Origin: Candidatus Kapaibacterium sp.
Lineage (GTDB): Bacteria > Bacteroidota > Ignavibacteria > Kapaibacteriales > JAEUSM01
Direction of reading: 5' to 3'
DNA: 64,000 bases
NCBI GenBank assembly: GCA_016788785.1
Contig: JAEUSM010000017.1
Coordinates: 317,670-381,669, forward strand
A model generated the notes under the pieces. That model saw only the letters and a list, made by a program, of their open reading frames with translations. It did no database searches and had not been told where the DNA came from. Below, piece after piece: positions 1 through 9,367 of this stretch (position 1 is its first letter; each line of letters opens with the position of its first letter). Position numbers and translations under genes: made by a program.

Positions 1-68
1 CCTCTTTCATATTGAGAAAATGCTACAAGCGATGAAAGAAAGAAGAAAACAACAAAAACTATAGCCAT
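1..68 (-). CDS. 5' end of an exported protein (signal peptide), truncated by the window edge; probably the next gene of the B12 operon
   Basis: ATG at 68-66 overlaps the receptor's last codons (ACATGGCTATAG) and reads MAIVFVVFFFLSSLVAFSQYER..., a hydrophobic signal-peptide-like stretch that is open to position 1. Confidence 0.5.
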   Translation of the reverse strand, partial: MAIVFVVFFFLSSLVAFSQYER

Positions 69-1993
69 GTAGCACCTACATTGAGACGAAAAGAACGACC
101 TGGAACTGGAAAATTTCGAATAACACTATAGGAATAATCAAAGAAATTATCTACTTGAATTCTACTATGTATAAGTAGGGGAAATAATCTTGCTTTATAT
201 TCTATGAATGTTGAAACTGTTTGAAAGAAAGGAAGAAGAGATTCAATTTGATTTCCAGCCAATGAGAATCTATTTCCGGAATACATATAGGTAAGACCAG
301 CTGAAAAATTATCGAAAGTACTTAACAATTGTGCAGAAGAAAGAATATTGGGCGTATATGGAATACGTAGATTATAGGTAAATGAATTTGGTGATTTGTC
401 AATAACATTCTGTACTGTTAAATTCGTATTCAATGAAATAAGATTATCGAATATTATGATTTTTGAAGATAATTCGATTCCATTATTTACTGCTGTTCCT
501 ATGTTTTGTGCTGACCAAGAAACAGGAGATGTGGGAACGGAAACTATAAGATTCGAGGTATATAAAGAAAAAACATCTAATGAAAAATCACAAAATTGAT
601 TGAGCTTTGCATCAAGTCCTATTGTCGTTGAATGAGAACGTTCTGAAAGTAAGTTTTGGTTACCATAATTCAAATAATACATTTCATTAAATGTAGGTGG
701 ACGGTAATTATAGCTATAAGATGTTCTTACTTTTACATTCTCACTAAAAGGGATATGTAAAGAAATTAACGGAGAAAGTGCATTCTTTTGATCCGAAATG
801 TAATCATATCTCAGTCCAGTGAAAAGTTGTAATGAAACAGAAAATAAATTCAATATTGGCGAAGTATAATTTGATGAAACGCCAATGGTATTACGGTTTG
901 GTTTGATAGTTTCCCCATCCTCTAAGGAAAATCCTTCTAATGTGTTAGAAATTATTTCAATTTGGGATTCTAATGTACTACTACCTAGCGATTGAGTAAA
1001 TGTACTTTGGAAACCAATATCCAAAGATTTATATTTAGCTGTCAATCCATTTGCTCCCAATAACGTTGCATCAGGATCGGTATACAAAAAAGTGTTATTA
1101 CGAAACCAAAGTTTGGATTCGTTTTGTACTGATGGAAATAACAAAGTTTTCCCAATAAGCGTGACGAAATGGTTGTTTTCTTGTAAACGAGCATATTTAA
1201 ACTCTACAGAACCTTGTACCACAGCTCCTGGTACGCCACGTTCAGTAGCAGTAGTGAGATATAAGGCACTTAATGAAGTTGTTAAAGAAGGGGAATATGT
1301 CGAACTTACCATTCCAGAGTATTGTTGGAAGTCACCATTATTGCGTTGTATGGTGGTGGTAGTTCCAAACTCATTATGTTGAAAAGGATAATTTCCCCTG
1401 CTTGACATTGCATTCACTGAAATATTAGTTGTAACTTCTCCGAGCGGAATCCCAAATGAAGAAGTAGCAGAATATGTATCAAAAGAAGAACGATCTAAGA
1501 TAACTGAGGGTTTTTGCACGGTGGAATTTTGTAATCGAAAATTAATCGCTCCACCAATCGCATTTGCACCATAAAGAGCCGATGAACCCGTTCTTGTAAC
1601 TTCTATAGATTCAAGCATAGATGCAGGAATGGTACTTACGTCAAGCATACCATTTTGAGTAGAATTCATTCGAATTCCTTCTATCATTAGTACTGATTGA
1701 GATGAACTTGTTCCACGAATTGAAATACTTTTCATACCGCCGAATCCACCATAGTTTTGAATAAACAAACTTGGTAGCATTGTAAGAATTTCATCCACTT
1801 GTTGTGGACGCATTTGCAGTAATAAAGAATCGCCTATTTCAGAAATAGGTATGAACATTTTTCCTTTGATATTGGTCTTTGATACTTCTTTTACAACTTC
1901 TGGAAATACCTTCCTATTTTGTAGCGAATCATCTGACATTGCCAAACAATCCACTACAAAAAGGAAAATCAATATGTGTAACAATACATTCAC
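59..1993 (-). CDS. btuB: TonB-dependent outer-membrane receptor, BtuB-like (cobalamin)
   Basis: Plug motifs (SISIRG...VLMIEGIRMN; IESIEVTRTGSSALYGANAIGGAINF), beta-barrel C-terminus (NFFDYSYSVIRNFPVPGRSFRLNVGATW); lies downstream of a cobalamin riboswitch. Confidence 0.85.
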   Translation of the reverse strand: MNVLLHILIFLFVVDCLAMSDDSLQNRKVFPEVVKEVSKTNIKGKMFIPISEIGDSLLLQMRPQQVDEILTMLPSLFIQNYGGFGGMKSISIRGTSSSQSVLMIEGIRMNSTQNGMLDVSTIPASMLESIEVTRTGSSALYGANAIGGAINFRLQNSTVQKPSVILDRSSFDTYSATSSFGIPLGEVTTNISVNAMSSRGNYPFQHNEFGTTTTIQRNNGDFQQYSGMVSSTYSPSLTTSLSALYLTTATERGVPGAVVQGSVEFKYARLQENNHFVTLIGKTLLFPSVQNESKLWFRNNTFLYTDPDATLLGANGLTAKYKSLDIGFQSTFTQSLGSSTLESQIEIISNTLEGFSLEDGETIKPNRNTIGVSSNYTSPILNLFSVSLQLFTGLRYDYISDQKNALSPLISLHIPFSENVKVRTSYSYNYRPPTFNEMYYLNYGNQNLLSERSHSTTIGLDAKLNQFCDFSLDVFSLYTSNLIVSVPTSPVSWSAQNIGTAVNNGIELSSKIIIFDNLISLNTNLTVQNVIDKSPNSFTYNLRIPYTPNILSSAQLLSTFDNFSAGLTYMYSGNRFSLAGNQIESLLPFFQTVSTFIEYKARLFPLLIHSRIQVDNFFDYSYSVIRNFPVPGRSFRLNVGATWL

Positions 1994-1995
1994 TA

Positions 1996-4230
1996 TTAGC
2001 GAATGATAGTAAACAACAAAGAAGAGTGATGTTGTCCATGTCGTAAACTTGCAATGTAACTACCTGAAGGTAATGCTGGAATTGCAACTTCGCCAGTAAT
2101 TGGTAACGATGACACAGTAAAGACTTGTTCACCTTGCAATGTGTGAATAGTTACTACAGGAGATGTAGATGTTTTAGTATTATATCGAATTTTATTACCA
2201 ACAATACTTATTTCATTTGAACGGTTTTTTGAACCTTCTACTACAGATGTTCCATCAGAAAGGAAAAAGATTTCAACCCTCTCATCTGACGCATAGGATG
2301 CATCTTTGTACGCCAATGTGGTCCATAATGAAGTATTCGTTCCCGTTGTTACAATTGCCAAACCTTCTGGAATACCACTTGTAGTAAATTCTTTTTTGAC
2401 TTCATCGGTTCCCAAATTGATTGTAAAAATGTCACCAGAATACGCAGAAGTATATAGAGTGTTATCTAATAAAACAGATTCTCTCGGACCTGAAAAACCA
2501 GTGGTTGGAATGGCAAATCGTTTTTCTACTTCTTTTGTTAACAAATTGAATTTAACCACTTCTTGAGAACCATTCATTGTAACAAAGGCAATATCATCTT
2601 TGATAAAAAAGTGATTTGCAGTGTTACCAATATCAATAGTATTTGTTTCACCGTTCTTGTAAACGGTTAATGAACCATTTGTAGCATTTGCTGAAAATTC
2701 ACCTTCATTCATCACTACAAATGCTTCCGACCCATCAGATAATGAAACTGTAGCTGTGCTTTGTGGAAATTTTCCTGTAGCGATTTGGTTGTATTTTACA
2801 CCGTAACTTTCTTTCGAACGAATACTAGCAAAAAACTCATTTTCACCAGTTTGAGTGAAATAGGAAGTTTTAAATGGGGTTACGTAATCATTTACTAACT
2901 CTAATCTTTTGGTTGTGTACGATCGAATAGTATCATTACAAGCAACATAAAGAAATTTTTTGGTTGGGTCAAAGCTGCAACGTGTTGGAAATCCTAATGA
3001 CGACCAACCCAAGTTCACACTATCTATATTTGCAAAAGCAAAAGTAGTATCTGTAAGCGTTCGTATATCGTACTTGTAAATCCATGCTTCTGAATCTTCA
3101 GGGTCTTGTATCGTATTAAAGTTCTTATCAACTCTATTAAACACAATAAAGAGTGTTGAATCAATTGTTAGAAGTTGTGAAGGATTGTAAGGCAAATTAA
3201 AAGAAAAATCCATTATTTGATTGTTGCGAATCACTCCTAATTTTCTTAGATTGATGGGTTTATCGGGATCGTCGAAATCAGTACTCATAGGACTATTAAT
3301 GTAAAAATAATCTTTAACATAAGCAATTGACTCAACTTTTTTCGTTTCTGGAAAAGCAATAGTATGAAGCATCTCACCACTCTCTAAAGAAAAAACTCGG
3401 ACATCACCTGCGTATGTTGTCGTGTATATTAATGTTGAGTCAACAGTTGTAATTATAGATTCTCTTGGTCCATCAAATCCTGTCGTTTGAGTAGAAATCT
3501 TTTTTTCGATTTTCATTTCAGAAAGTGAGAATACTACAATTTCGTGTGAACCATTCATCGTAATATAGAGCTTATTTTCATATTCAAAAATATGATTGGC
3601 ACCCTTTCCTAAAGGATAAACTACTTGCGAATTGTCAGTAAGGATGGTTAAGTAAGAATCGTCGGTCGTTGCACCAAAGGCTCCTTCATTAATAAACGCT
3701 ATGTACTCCTTATTTGGGCCACATCGAAGAGCTTGTTGGATAAATGTACCTGAGGTATATTTTGATATTTTGTACGCAGTTTGAGATGCAGTATTTTTGT
3801 CTACAACACCAATCGTATTTCCATTGGTGCTAATAGAGCGAACAGGTATTTCTAAAAAAAGTGAATCTGAGATTTGCCCTGTGTTCAAATCATATTCAGC
3901 AATTGCATCATTTGTTGGAATGTATAATTTATGACTGATTTTGTCTATTCCAACCCGAATCGGAAATGAGTAGGACCTCCATGCAAATGTTGTTGAATCA
4001 ATCAATTCTTTGGTTTCAGCATTATAACGAAACCATTTTGCAGGTATATCACCTTCATCTTGTAAACCATTGAAATTAAAATCAATGGTATTGGTAAGAA
4101 CGTGTACAACCTTTTCATGTTGAAACACATGTAAAGGTTGTTTGCCAGTTTCAACAAATTGACTGGTTTGAGAAAAAAGATTTGATGTAATTATCAACAT
4201 CAAAGAATACAATAGTACTAAGTACTTCAT
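1996..4230 (-). CDS. Secreted tandem beta-propeller (YncE/BtuG-like) protein with T9SS-type C-terminal sorting domain
   Basis: Signal peptide; internal duplication with 327-aa offset (NEG..ANH..TMNGS.E..GF.GPRES..Y.GD occurs twice); C-terminal ~80 aa resembles a T9SS CTD (VTIHTLQGEQV...LPSGSYIASL). ORF track start is 4239; ATG at 4230 preferred because a GGAG SD lies upstream. Confidence 0.75.
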   Translation of the reverse strand: MKYLVLLYSLMLIITSNLFSQTSQFVETGKQPLHVFQHEKVVHVLTNTIDFNFNGLQDEGDIPAKWFRYNAETKELIDSTTFAWRSYSFPIRVGIDKISHKLYIPTNDAIAEYDLNTGQISDSLFLEIPVRSISTNGNTIGVVDKNTASQTAYKISKYTSGTFIQQALRCGPNKEYIAFINEGAFGATTDDSYLTILTDNSQVVYPLGKGANHIFEYENKLYITMNGSHEIVVFSLSEMKIEKKISTQTTGFDGPRESIITTVDSTLIYTTTYAGDVRVFSLESGEMLHTIAFPETKKVESIAYVKDYFYINSPMSTDFDDPDKPINLRKLGVIRNNQIMDFSFNLPYNPSQLLTIDSTLFIVFNRVDKNFNTIQDPEDSEAWIYKYDIRTLTDTTFAFANIDSVNLGWSSLGFPTRCSFDPTKKFLYVACNDTIRSYTTKRLELVNDYVTPFKTSYFTQTGENEFFASIRSKESYGVKYNQIATGKFPQSTATVSLSDGSEAFVVMNEGEFSANATNGSLTVYKNGETNTIDIGNTANHFFIKDDIAFVTMNGSQEVVKFNLLTKEVEKRFAIPTTGFSGPRESVLLDNTLYTSAYSGDIFTINLGTDEVKKEFTTSGIPEGLAIVTTGTNTSLWTTLAYKDASYASDERVEIFFLSDGTSVVEGSKNRSNEISIVGNKIRYNTKTSTSPVVTIHTLQGEQVFTVSSLPITGEVAIPALPSGSYIASLRHGQHHSSLLFTIIR

Positions 4231-4411
4231 AAGAAACACTCCAAAAAGGATAAAAATATGTGTGAGAGAGTGTTAGGCTTGAGACTGTTAGATACTGGGC
4301 TAACAGTTTTTTGAAGAATTTTTGGAAGGAATTAGTATCTTCAATATAGGCTTGTACATCTCTCATCGCATCTGTTGTCGCAGATGTTGTTAATAAAAAC
4401 AGTATGATGAG

Positions 4412-4592
4412 ATCCAGTAGGCAGGTCTTCCGGCTTAGGCGTCATCTGAATTTTTTCACCTTCCCACAGAAAATGTAGTGGTGTGCTTCCAAAGCAGATA
4501 AAAATTCATCAGCCAATACGGCGGCGCAACCGCGTGGGATTTACACCCAGCTTCCCTATTCTCCAATACTTCTATTGGCACCTAAGGATATT
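4412..4592 (-). ncRNA. Cobalamin (B12) riboswitch
   Basis: Minus strand reads AGGTGC...AATAGGGAAGCTGGGTGTAAATCCCACGCGGTTGCGCCGCCGTA...CCACTAC...GTGGGAAGG...AAGCCGGAAGACCTGCC, containing the conserved GGGAA, GCCACT-like/GGGAAG and B12-box (AGCCGGAAGACCTGCC) elements; located 5' of a BtuB-like operon. Confidence 0.93.
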
Positions 4593-4655
4593 TTCTTTAA
4601 AACGTCTTTTCTTATCTAGTATTGTTAATTCTGTTTTTACAATCAATAATTATAT

Positions 4656-5552
4656 ATGAAACCAAAACTACTTCTGCATGGTGGTGCGGGAAATTTCGAC
4701 AAAAATACAATGTCCTCAGATGAGTATTCCATCCGATTGGAAACTATGAGAGAAGCTCTCAAAATTGGATATGCAATTCTTGAACGTGGTGGTAATTCCC
4801 TTGATGCTACTGTTGAAACGGTAGTTCATTTAGAAAACTCTACCTACTTTAATGCAGGAAAATCAGGAGCTCTGACATGGAATGGAGTTGCAGAATTAGA
4901 CGCATCACTTATGGATGGAGCAACTAAAAATGCTGGATGTGTTTCGAATGTTACTCACATCAAAAATCCCATTCTTCTTGCAAGAGAGATTCTCAATTCA
5001 GAGCATGTTTTTCTCACGGGTTTTGGTGCTGAAGAATTTGCACTTCAACGAGGTGTTGAATTTGTATCGCAAAACTATTTCATCACAGAAGAAAATTTGT
5101 CAGATTTGGAACGCGTGAAAAAAGCGAATAAAGTAATTTTGGGTACAGTTGGTGCAGTCGCCTTAGATATTCACGGTCAATTAGCCTCCTCTACTTCAAC
5201 GGGAGGGATTATGAATAAACGTCCTGGAAGGGTCGGAGATACGCCAATTATTGGTGCTGGTACCTATGCTGATTCGACAATCGGAGCTATATCTGCTACT
5301 GGCCATGGTGAGTATTTCATTCGCTCAGTTGCTGCCTTTTCTATCATTACTCGAATGCAATATTTGCACGAAGATATAAACCTTGCAACGAAGGAAGTAT
5401 TGAATCAAATTCTTTCGATGGGTGGAACAGGTGGTATTATCGGAATTACTCCACTTGGGGATATGACATTAGAATATACTACTCCCGGAATGCAACGTGG
5501 GTTTGTTGATGAAAACGAAATTTTGGTGGGAATTTTTGAGGAAATGGAGTAG
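4656..5552 (+). CDS. iaaA: Isoaspartyl peptidase/L-asparaginase (Ntn hydrolase)
   Basis: LLLHGGAG, FNAGKSG, ELDASLMDG, autocleavage GTVGAVALD, STSTGG, GRVGDTPIIGAGTYAD, TGHGE. Confidence 0.92.
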   Translation: MKPKLLLHGGAGNFDKNTMSSDEYSIRLETMREALKIGYAILERGGNSLDATVETVVHLENSTYFNAGKSGALTWNGVAELDASLMDGATKNAGCVSNVTHIKNPILLAREILNSEHVFLTGFGAEEFALQRGVEFVSQNYFITEENLSDLERVKKANKVILGTVGAVALDIHGQLASSTSTGGIMNKRPGRVGDTPIIGAGTYADSTIGAISATGHGEYFIRSVAAFSIITRMQYLHEDINLATKEVLNQILSMGGTGGIIGITPLGDMTLEYTTPGMQRGFVDENEILVGIFEEME

Positions 5553-5598
5553 ATTTTTGGATTCCCTTCAATAGGGGAACCTAACGTCTAACGCAATC

Positions 5599-5624
5599 GT
5601 AGAGACGCCCTATATGGGCGTCTC
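5599..5624 (+). repeat. REP-like palindrome (GTAG + 9-bp GC-rich stem)
   Basis: GTAGAGACGCCC-TATAT-GGGCGTCTC; perfect stem GAGACGCCC/GGGCGTCTC in an AT-rich intergenic region. Confidence 0.6.
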
Positions 5625-5673
5625 AGATTCGGTACGGTCAAGCCCTATATTGCAAATGACTGGGTAATTACAC

Positions 5674-5704
5674 AAAAAAAGGGCGAAAGATGTTTCGCCC
5701 CTAT
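5674..5704 (-). terminator. Intrinsic terminator of mscS (REP-like hairpin)
   Basis: Minus strand ATAG-GGGCGAAA-CATC-TTTCGCCC-TTTTTTT just downstream of the mscS stop. Confidence 0.7.
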
Positions 5705-5729
5705 GATAAGATCTATATTCAATAATTAA

Positions 5730-6536
5730 TTATTTTTGGTAACTGGTTTGGTGAGAAGTTGGGATTGGGTAACCAGCACTTCCAAATGAATCCGCAATCA
5801 TCATATTTGTGTCGCCGACTACTTGACCGTAATATACTGGATTGGTATATGGACGAACAGCTAACACTGGACCAGATTGATTGAAGGTAACTATAAATAC
5901 TTCTACGGGAGGATCTGCTACTACGTTTGGAACGGATTGAGCATTCTTTTGTAAAAGAGCAATAGCTTCTTTGATGTTGACAGTATGATCTAATTGAGCT
6001 AATAAATCAACACGACGGTAACTGTTAGCAGTAAAGTTTGCAATGGAATCAGAGAAAATTTTGTTGTTTCCTACGTAGGTACGAACATTTTCAGGTGTAT
6101 TGATGACTGTAGAAAATAATCCAATTTCCTCAACTTGCCCTGTTATACCAGCTGCAGAAATAATATCACCAACTTTGAACGGACGTAAAAAAACTAAAAA
6201 TGCTCCAGCCGCAAAATTTGCAAGTAAACCACCCCATGCTGCACCAATAGCAATACCAAAAGCAGCAAGAAGAGCGGCAAAGGAAGTTGTTTCAACTCCA
6301 AAGTAACCAAGTAATGCTACAATAAGAATTACTTTTAATACAACACCAATTCCAGTACCTAAATAGGTAACTAAGGTTTTATCTTGTACAGTTTTTGAAA
6401 AACTTTTTGAAACCAAGGATACTGCTGTTTTAATAAGCCATGTACCGACAATCCAAATAACAATTGCACCAAGAACCTTTAATCCAAATTGCGAAAGCCA
6501 TTCTGTAACTTTCACTAACAGTGCAGAAAAATCCAT
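5730..6536 (-). CDS. mscS: Small-conductance mechanosensitive channel
   Basis: TM helices plus LANFAAGAFLVFLRPFKVGDII, G.VEEIGLFSTVINT..N. Confidence 0.92.
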   Translation of the reverse strand: MDFSALLVKVTEWLSQFGLKVLGAIVIWIVGTWLIKTAVSLVSKSFSKTVQDKTLVTYLGTGIGVVLKVILIVALLGYFGVETTSFAALLAAFGIAIGAAWGGLLANFAAGAFLVFLRPFKVGDIISAAGITGQVEEIGLFSTVINTPENVRTYVGNNKIFSDSIANFTANSYRRVDLLAQLDHTVNIKEAIALLQKNAQSVPNVVADPPVEVFIVTFNQSGPVLAVRPYTNPVYYGQVVGDTNMMIADSFGSAGYPIPTSHQTSYQK

Positions 6537-6597
6537 AACTTACTCCATATAGAAAATTAATATTTGTACCTAAGATACTGAAAAATTTGGTATCAAC

Positions 6598-6628
6598 AAA
6601 AAAAGCCTATCCAAATGGATAGGCTTTT
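6598..6628 (-). terminator. Intrinsic terminator after NlpC/P60 gene (possibly bidirectional)
   Basis: AAAAGCCTATCC-AAAT-GGATAGGCTTTT perfect 12-bp stem with A/T tracts on both sides. Confidence 0.8.
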
Positions 6629-6645
6629 AGAATGGTTAGACCAAA

Positions 6646-7560
6646 TTATTGAATTGCAAGATTTTTTGTTGTATGAGAAGAACGTAAATCAGAAAGATCT
6701 TTTTCTGTTATTCTACGTACCCCAATCAAACGAGAAGAATAGTAATTACTTTTCAATGAAGAAACAGTAACACCATATTTAGAACTTGCATGAGCAAAAA
6801 GATTGTCACCCAAGTAAACTCCAACGTGAGAAACATAGACAGCTGCACGAGTATTAAAAAACACTAAATCCCCAAATTCCATTTCTTCAAAACGAGTAAT
6901 GGGAGTGCCAACTGTATATTGGGTAGCAGCGGTTCTTGGAAGCAAAATTTTTGCTGTTGTATTGAAAATCATTTGCGTAAAAGCAGAACAATCAATACCT
7001 GATCGCGACATACCACCAAAATGATAACGAGTTCCCAACCAATCCATAATTACCGCCATCATATCGCTTTTTTGGATACCAGCGTTTGTGGTGGAATTGT
7101 CATCGGTATCGTCAACATAGGAAAGCCAAAGAGTTTTGAACATTTCCAAGTCAACTTGGACATTGTCTTCTTGTTCTAATTCTTCTAATTCTTCGCCTTC
7201 ATCAGCTAATTCTATTTGTCGATTTTCATTAATCGAACCGGTCATTATAGAACCGGGAGAGCAAGATGAGGAAGGTTTGATACCAGCCAAATAACACAAA
7301 TCGGCAGAACTGCTTTTCATAAGATCGAGTGCCAATTCATACCCAGCTTTTGTGTTGCAATTTGATTTTTTTACAACGTTGCGACTTTGGCGTTTTTTTG
7401 AGTGAGATTTTTTTGATTTTCCGTTCTTTGCTTTTTTAAAGAACATTATTGTTTTTGAAGAAGCTGCTTCAGCTGAGTATTGAGGAATACTAAAACTAAT
7501 AAGTGCAGATACTACGAAAGCAATAACAACAGCAATGGGAAAACGTTGATGTAAAATCAT
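6646..7560 (-). CDS. NlpC/P60 (C40) cell-wall endopeptidase
   Basis: WLGTRYHFGG..GIDCSAF, LPRTAATQY, GDLVFF, SHVGVYLG, FAHASS catalytic Cys/His/His motifs; N-terminal signal/TM. Confidence 0.9.
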   Translation of the reverse strand: MILHQRFPIAVVIAFVVSALISFSIPQYSAEAASSKTIMFFKKAKNGKSKKSHSKKRQSRNVVKKSNCNTKAGYELALDLMKSSSADLCYLAGIKPSSSCSPGSIMTGSINENRQIELADEGEELEELEQEDNVQVDLEMFKTLWLSYVDDTDDNSTTNAGIQKSDMMAVIMDWLGTRYHFGGMSRSGIDCSAFTQMIFNTTAKILLPRTAATQYTVGTPITRFEEMEFGDLVFFNTRAAVYVSHVGVYLGDNLFAHASSKYGVTVSSLKSNYYSSRLIGVRRITEKDLSDLRSSHTTKNLAIQ

Positions 7561-7583
7561 GAGTACTCCTAAAATAATTGTTA

Positions 7584-9275
7584 CTACAAGCTTTTAGAGA
7601 CCTTCTCTAAAAGTAATCTGTTCGAACCATCAAGATACATACCTCGAACATTTGGTTGAACAAGCCATTGAACTTTGTTATAGTACAACAGAATCCATGG
7701 TGCGTTTTTAAGAACGATTTCCTCAATCTGATTGTACAATTTGTATCGCTCAGAAGAGGGAAGTAAGGGCGAATCAGCAATTTCCATCAAAGAATCAACC
7801 ATTTGATGATAGAAATGTGTCGTATTCGGACCTTTAGGCGAAAAATTTTTCGAAGCAAATAATGCTAAAAAATTTTCCGGGTCAGGATAATCACCAATCC
7901 AAGATGTTCTCCACAATGGAAGTTCACCATTACGAATCATAGATAGATGTTTTGGAAACGTTACCTGTACAATAGTAACATTGATACCAAGTTGCTTCCA
8001 GTTTTCCTGAACAACTTCTGCAACAGATGCAGAACGTTCGTTTGCTCCAATTTGTAAGGTAATGGGAGGAAATCCATTTCCTTGAGGAAATCCTGCTAGT
8101 GCTAAAAGCTTTTGAGCAGAATCTAGGTTGTAGGTATATCCCTTGACATCCGAAGAAAATCCGGGCATCGACGGAGGAAGTATACCATTTGTAGCCGGTA
8201 TGGCTGCACCTCGAAGAACAAAACGAACAATTTTTTCACGGTCAATTGCTAAATTTAATGCATGGCGAACTAAGGCTGAAGAAGAGAGTGGAATATTCTT
8301 GACAATTGGATTGGAAGTGTCAAGTAACATACCATAATATTCAACAGAATGAACACCGCATTCAAATAGCGTAAAGTTTTTGTACTTCTCTCGAAGTGAT
8401 TTTCCATCAGTAGTTACTACGGTCGGTGCTATGACTGGATCAAGAGAACCTATAAAGTCATACTCACCACGAGTAAATTGTAAAAACTCTGATTTTGAGT
8501 CTTTTACAAAAGAAATTTGTACTTGGTTTAGGTACGGAAGTTGCTTGTAAGAAGAATCAACCTTGAAATAACGAGTATTTCTATCTAAAACCATATCAAT
8601 TTCAGGCTTCCAAGAAGCAAGAGTAAATGGTCCAGTACCAATTGGTTTCATTCCAAAATTTTGTTGTTCTAATTCGACAACTTCCTTAGGAACCACCCAA
8701 CAATATGGCATTGTTAACATTGCCAAAAACGAAGCAGTTGGTTTTATTAATTCTAACCGCAAGGTAGAGTCGTTTACAACAACAATTCCGCTAATTGAAT
8801 CATAGGTGGAAATTTTTTTTGTACGAAGATGGAACTCTTTTGCATCTTTTATCGTACTACTGTATAACCACAGTCCTGTAGATTTAGTGGAAGCATTACA
8901 TATTCGTTCAAACGAATATTTGAAATCACCTGCAGTGACAATTCGAGATGAATCATGACCAAAAGATGGATGAGAATGGAAGTACACATCTGTCCGAAGA
9001 TGGAATGTCCAAATCTTTCCTGTGGAATCAATATCCCAAGATTTTGCAATACAACCTTTTATCTGTAAAGAAGAATCTAATTCAACTAAACCATTAAAGA
9101 TTTGCGTACCAACCCAAATTGCAGAACGGTACGAAATAAGTGCTGGGTCTAGGTTTGCAATTGCTTCAGTTTCATTGTAGTAAAACGTATCAATTCGTTT
9201 TGATTTCTGTTTAGTACAACTGAAAAAAAAACACAAAAGAATGAAACTACAAGATAAAGCAATTCTAAGGTGCAT
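7584..9275 (-). CDS. ABC transporter substrate-binding lipoprotein, family 5 (OppA/DppA-like)
   Basis: Lipobox FFSC; LDPA, IFNGLV, WTFHLRTDVYFH, PIGTGPF, W..DYPDPENFL. Confidence 0.9.
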   Translation of the reverse strand: MHLRIALSCSFILLCFFFSCTKQKSKRIDTFYYNETEAIANLDPALISYRSAIWVGTQIFNGLVELDSSLQIKGCIAKSWDIDSTGKIWTFHLRTDVYFHSHPSFGHDSSRIVTAGDFKYSFERICNASTKSTGLWLYSSTIKDAKEFHLRTKKISTYDSISGIVVVNDSTLRLELIKPTASFLAMLTMPYCWVVPKEVVELEQQNFGMKPIGTGPFTLASWKPEIDMVLDRNTRYFKVDSSYKQLPYLNQVQISFVKDSKSEFLQFTRGEYDFIGSLDPVIAPTVVTTDGKSLREKYKNFTLFECGVHSVEYYGMLLDTSNPIVKNIPLSSSALVRHALNLAIDREKIVRFVLRGAAIPATNGILPPSMPGFSSDVKGYTYNLDSAQKLLALAGFPQGNGFPPITLQIGANERSASVAEVVQENWKQLGINVTIVQVTFPKHLSMIRNGELPLWRTSWIGDYPDPENFLALFASKNFSPKGPNTTHFYHQMVDSLMEIADSPLLPSSERYKLYNQIEEIVLKNAPWILLYYNKVQWLVQPNVRGMYLDGSNRLLLEKVSKSL

Positions 9276-9367
9276 AGTAAATTGTCAAAGAACAACAATG
9301 TAATAAAAGGGTATAGGCTTTTATCACAACTTACAAATATAGTACTATTATTTTAGAAAAACAAATC

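Noticed and set aside
4281-4311. Hairpin ACTGTTAG..CTAACAGT as the riboswitch terminator
   Set aside because: The T tract is on the plus strand, opposite to the operon direction, so I cannot call it the B12-dependent terminator; the switch mechanism stays undetermined.
4151-4366. 71-aa ORF in the riboswitch leader as a regulatory uORF
   Set aside because: It overlaps the propeller gene out of frame, has no recognisable motif and lies in the expression platform; no evidence of translation.
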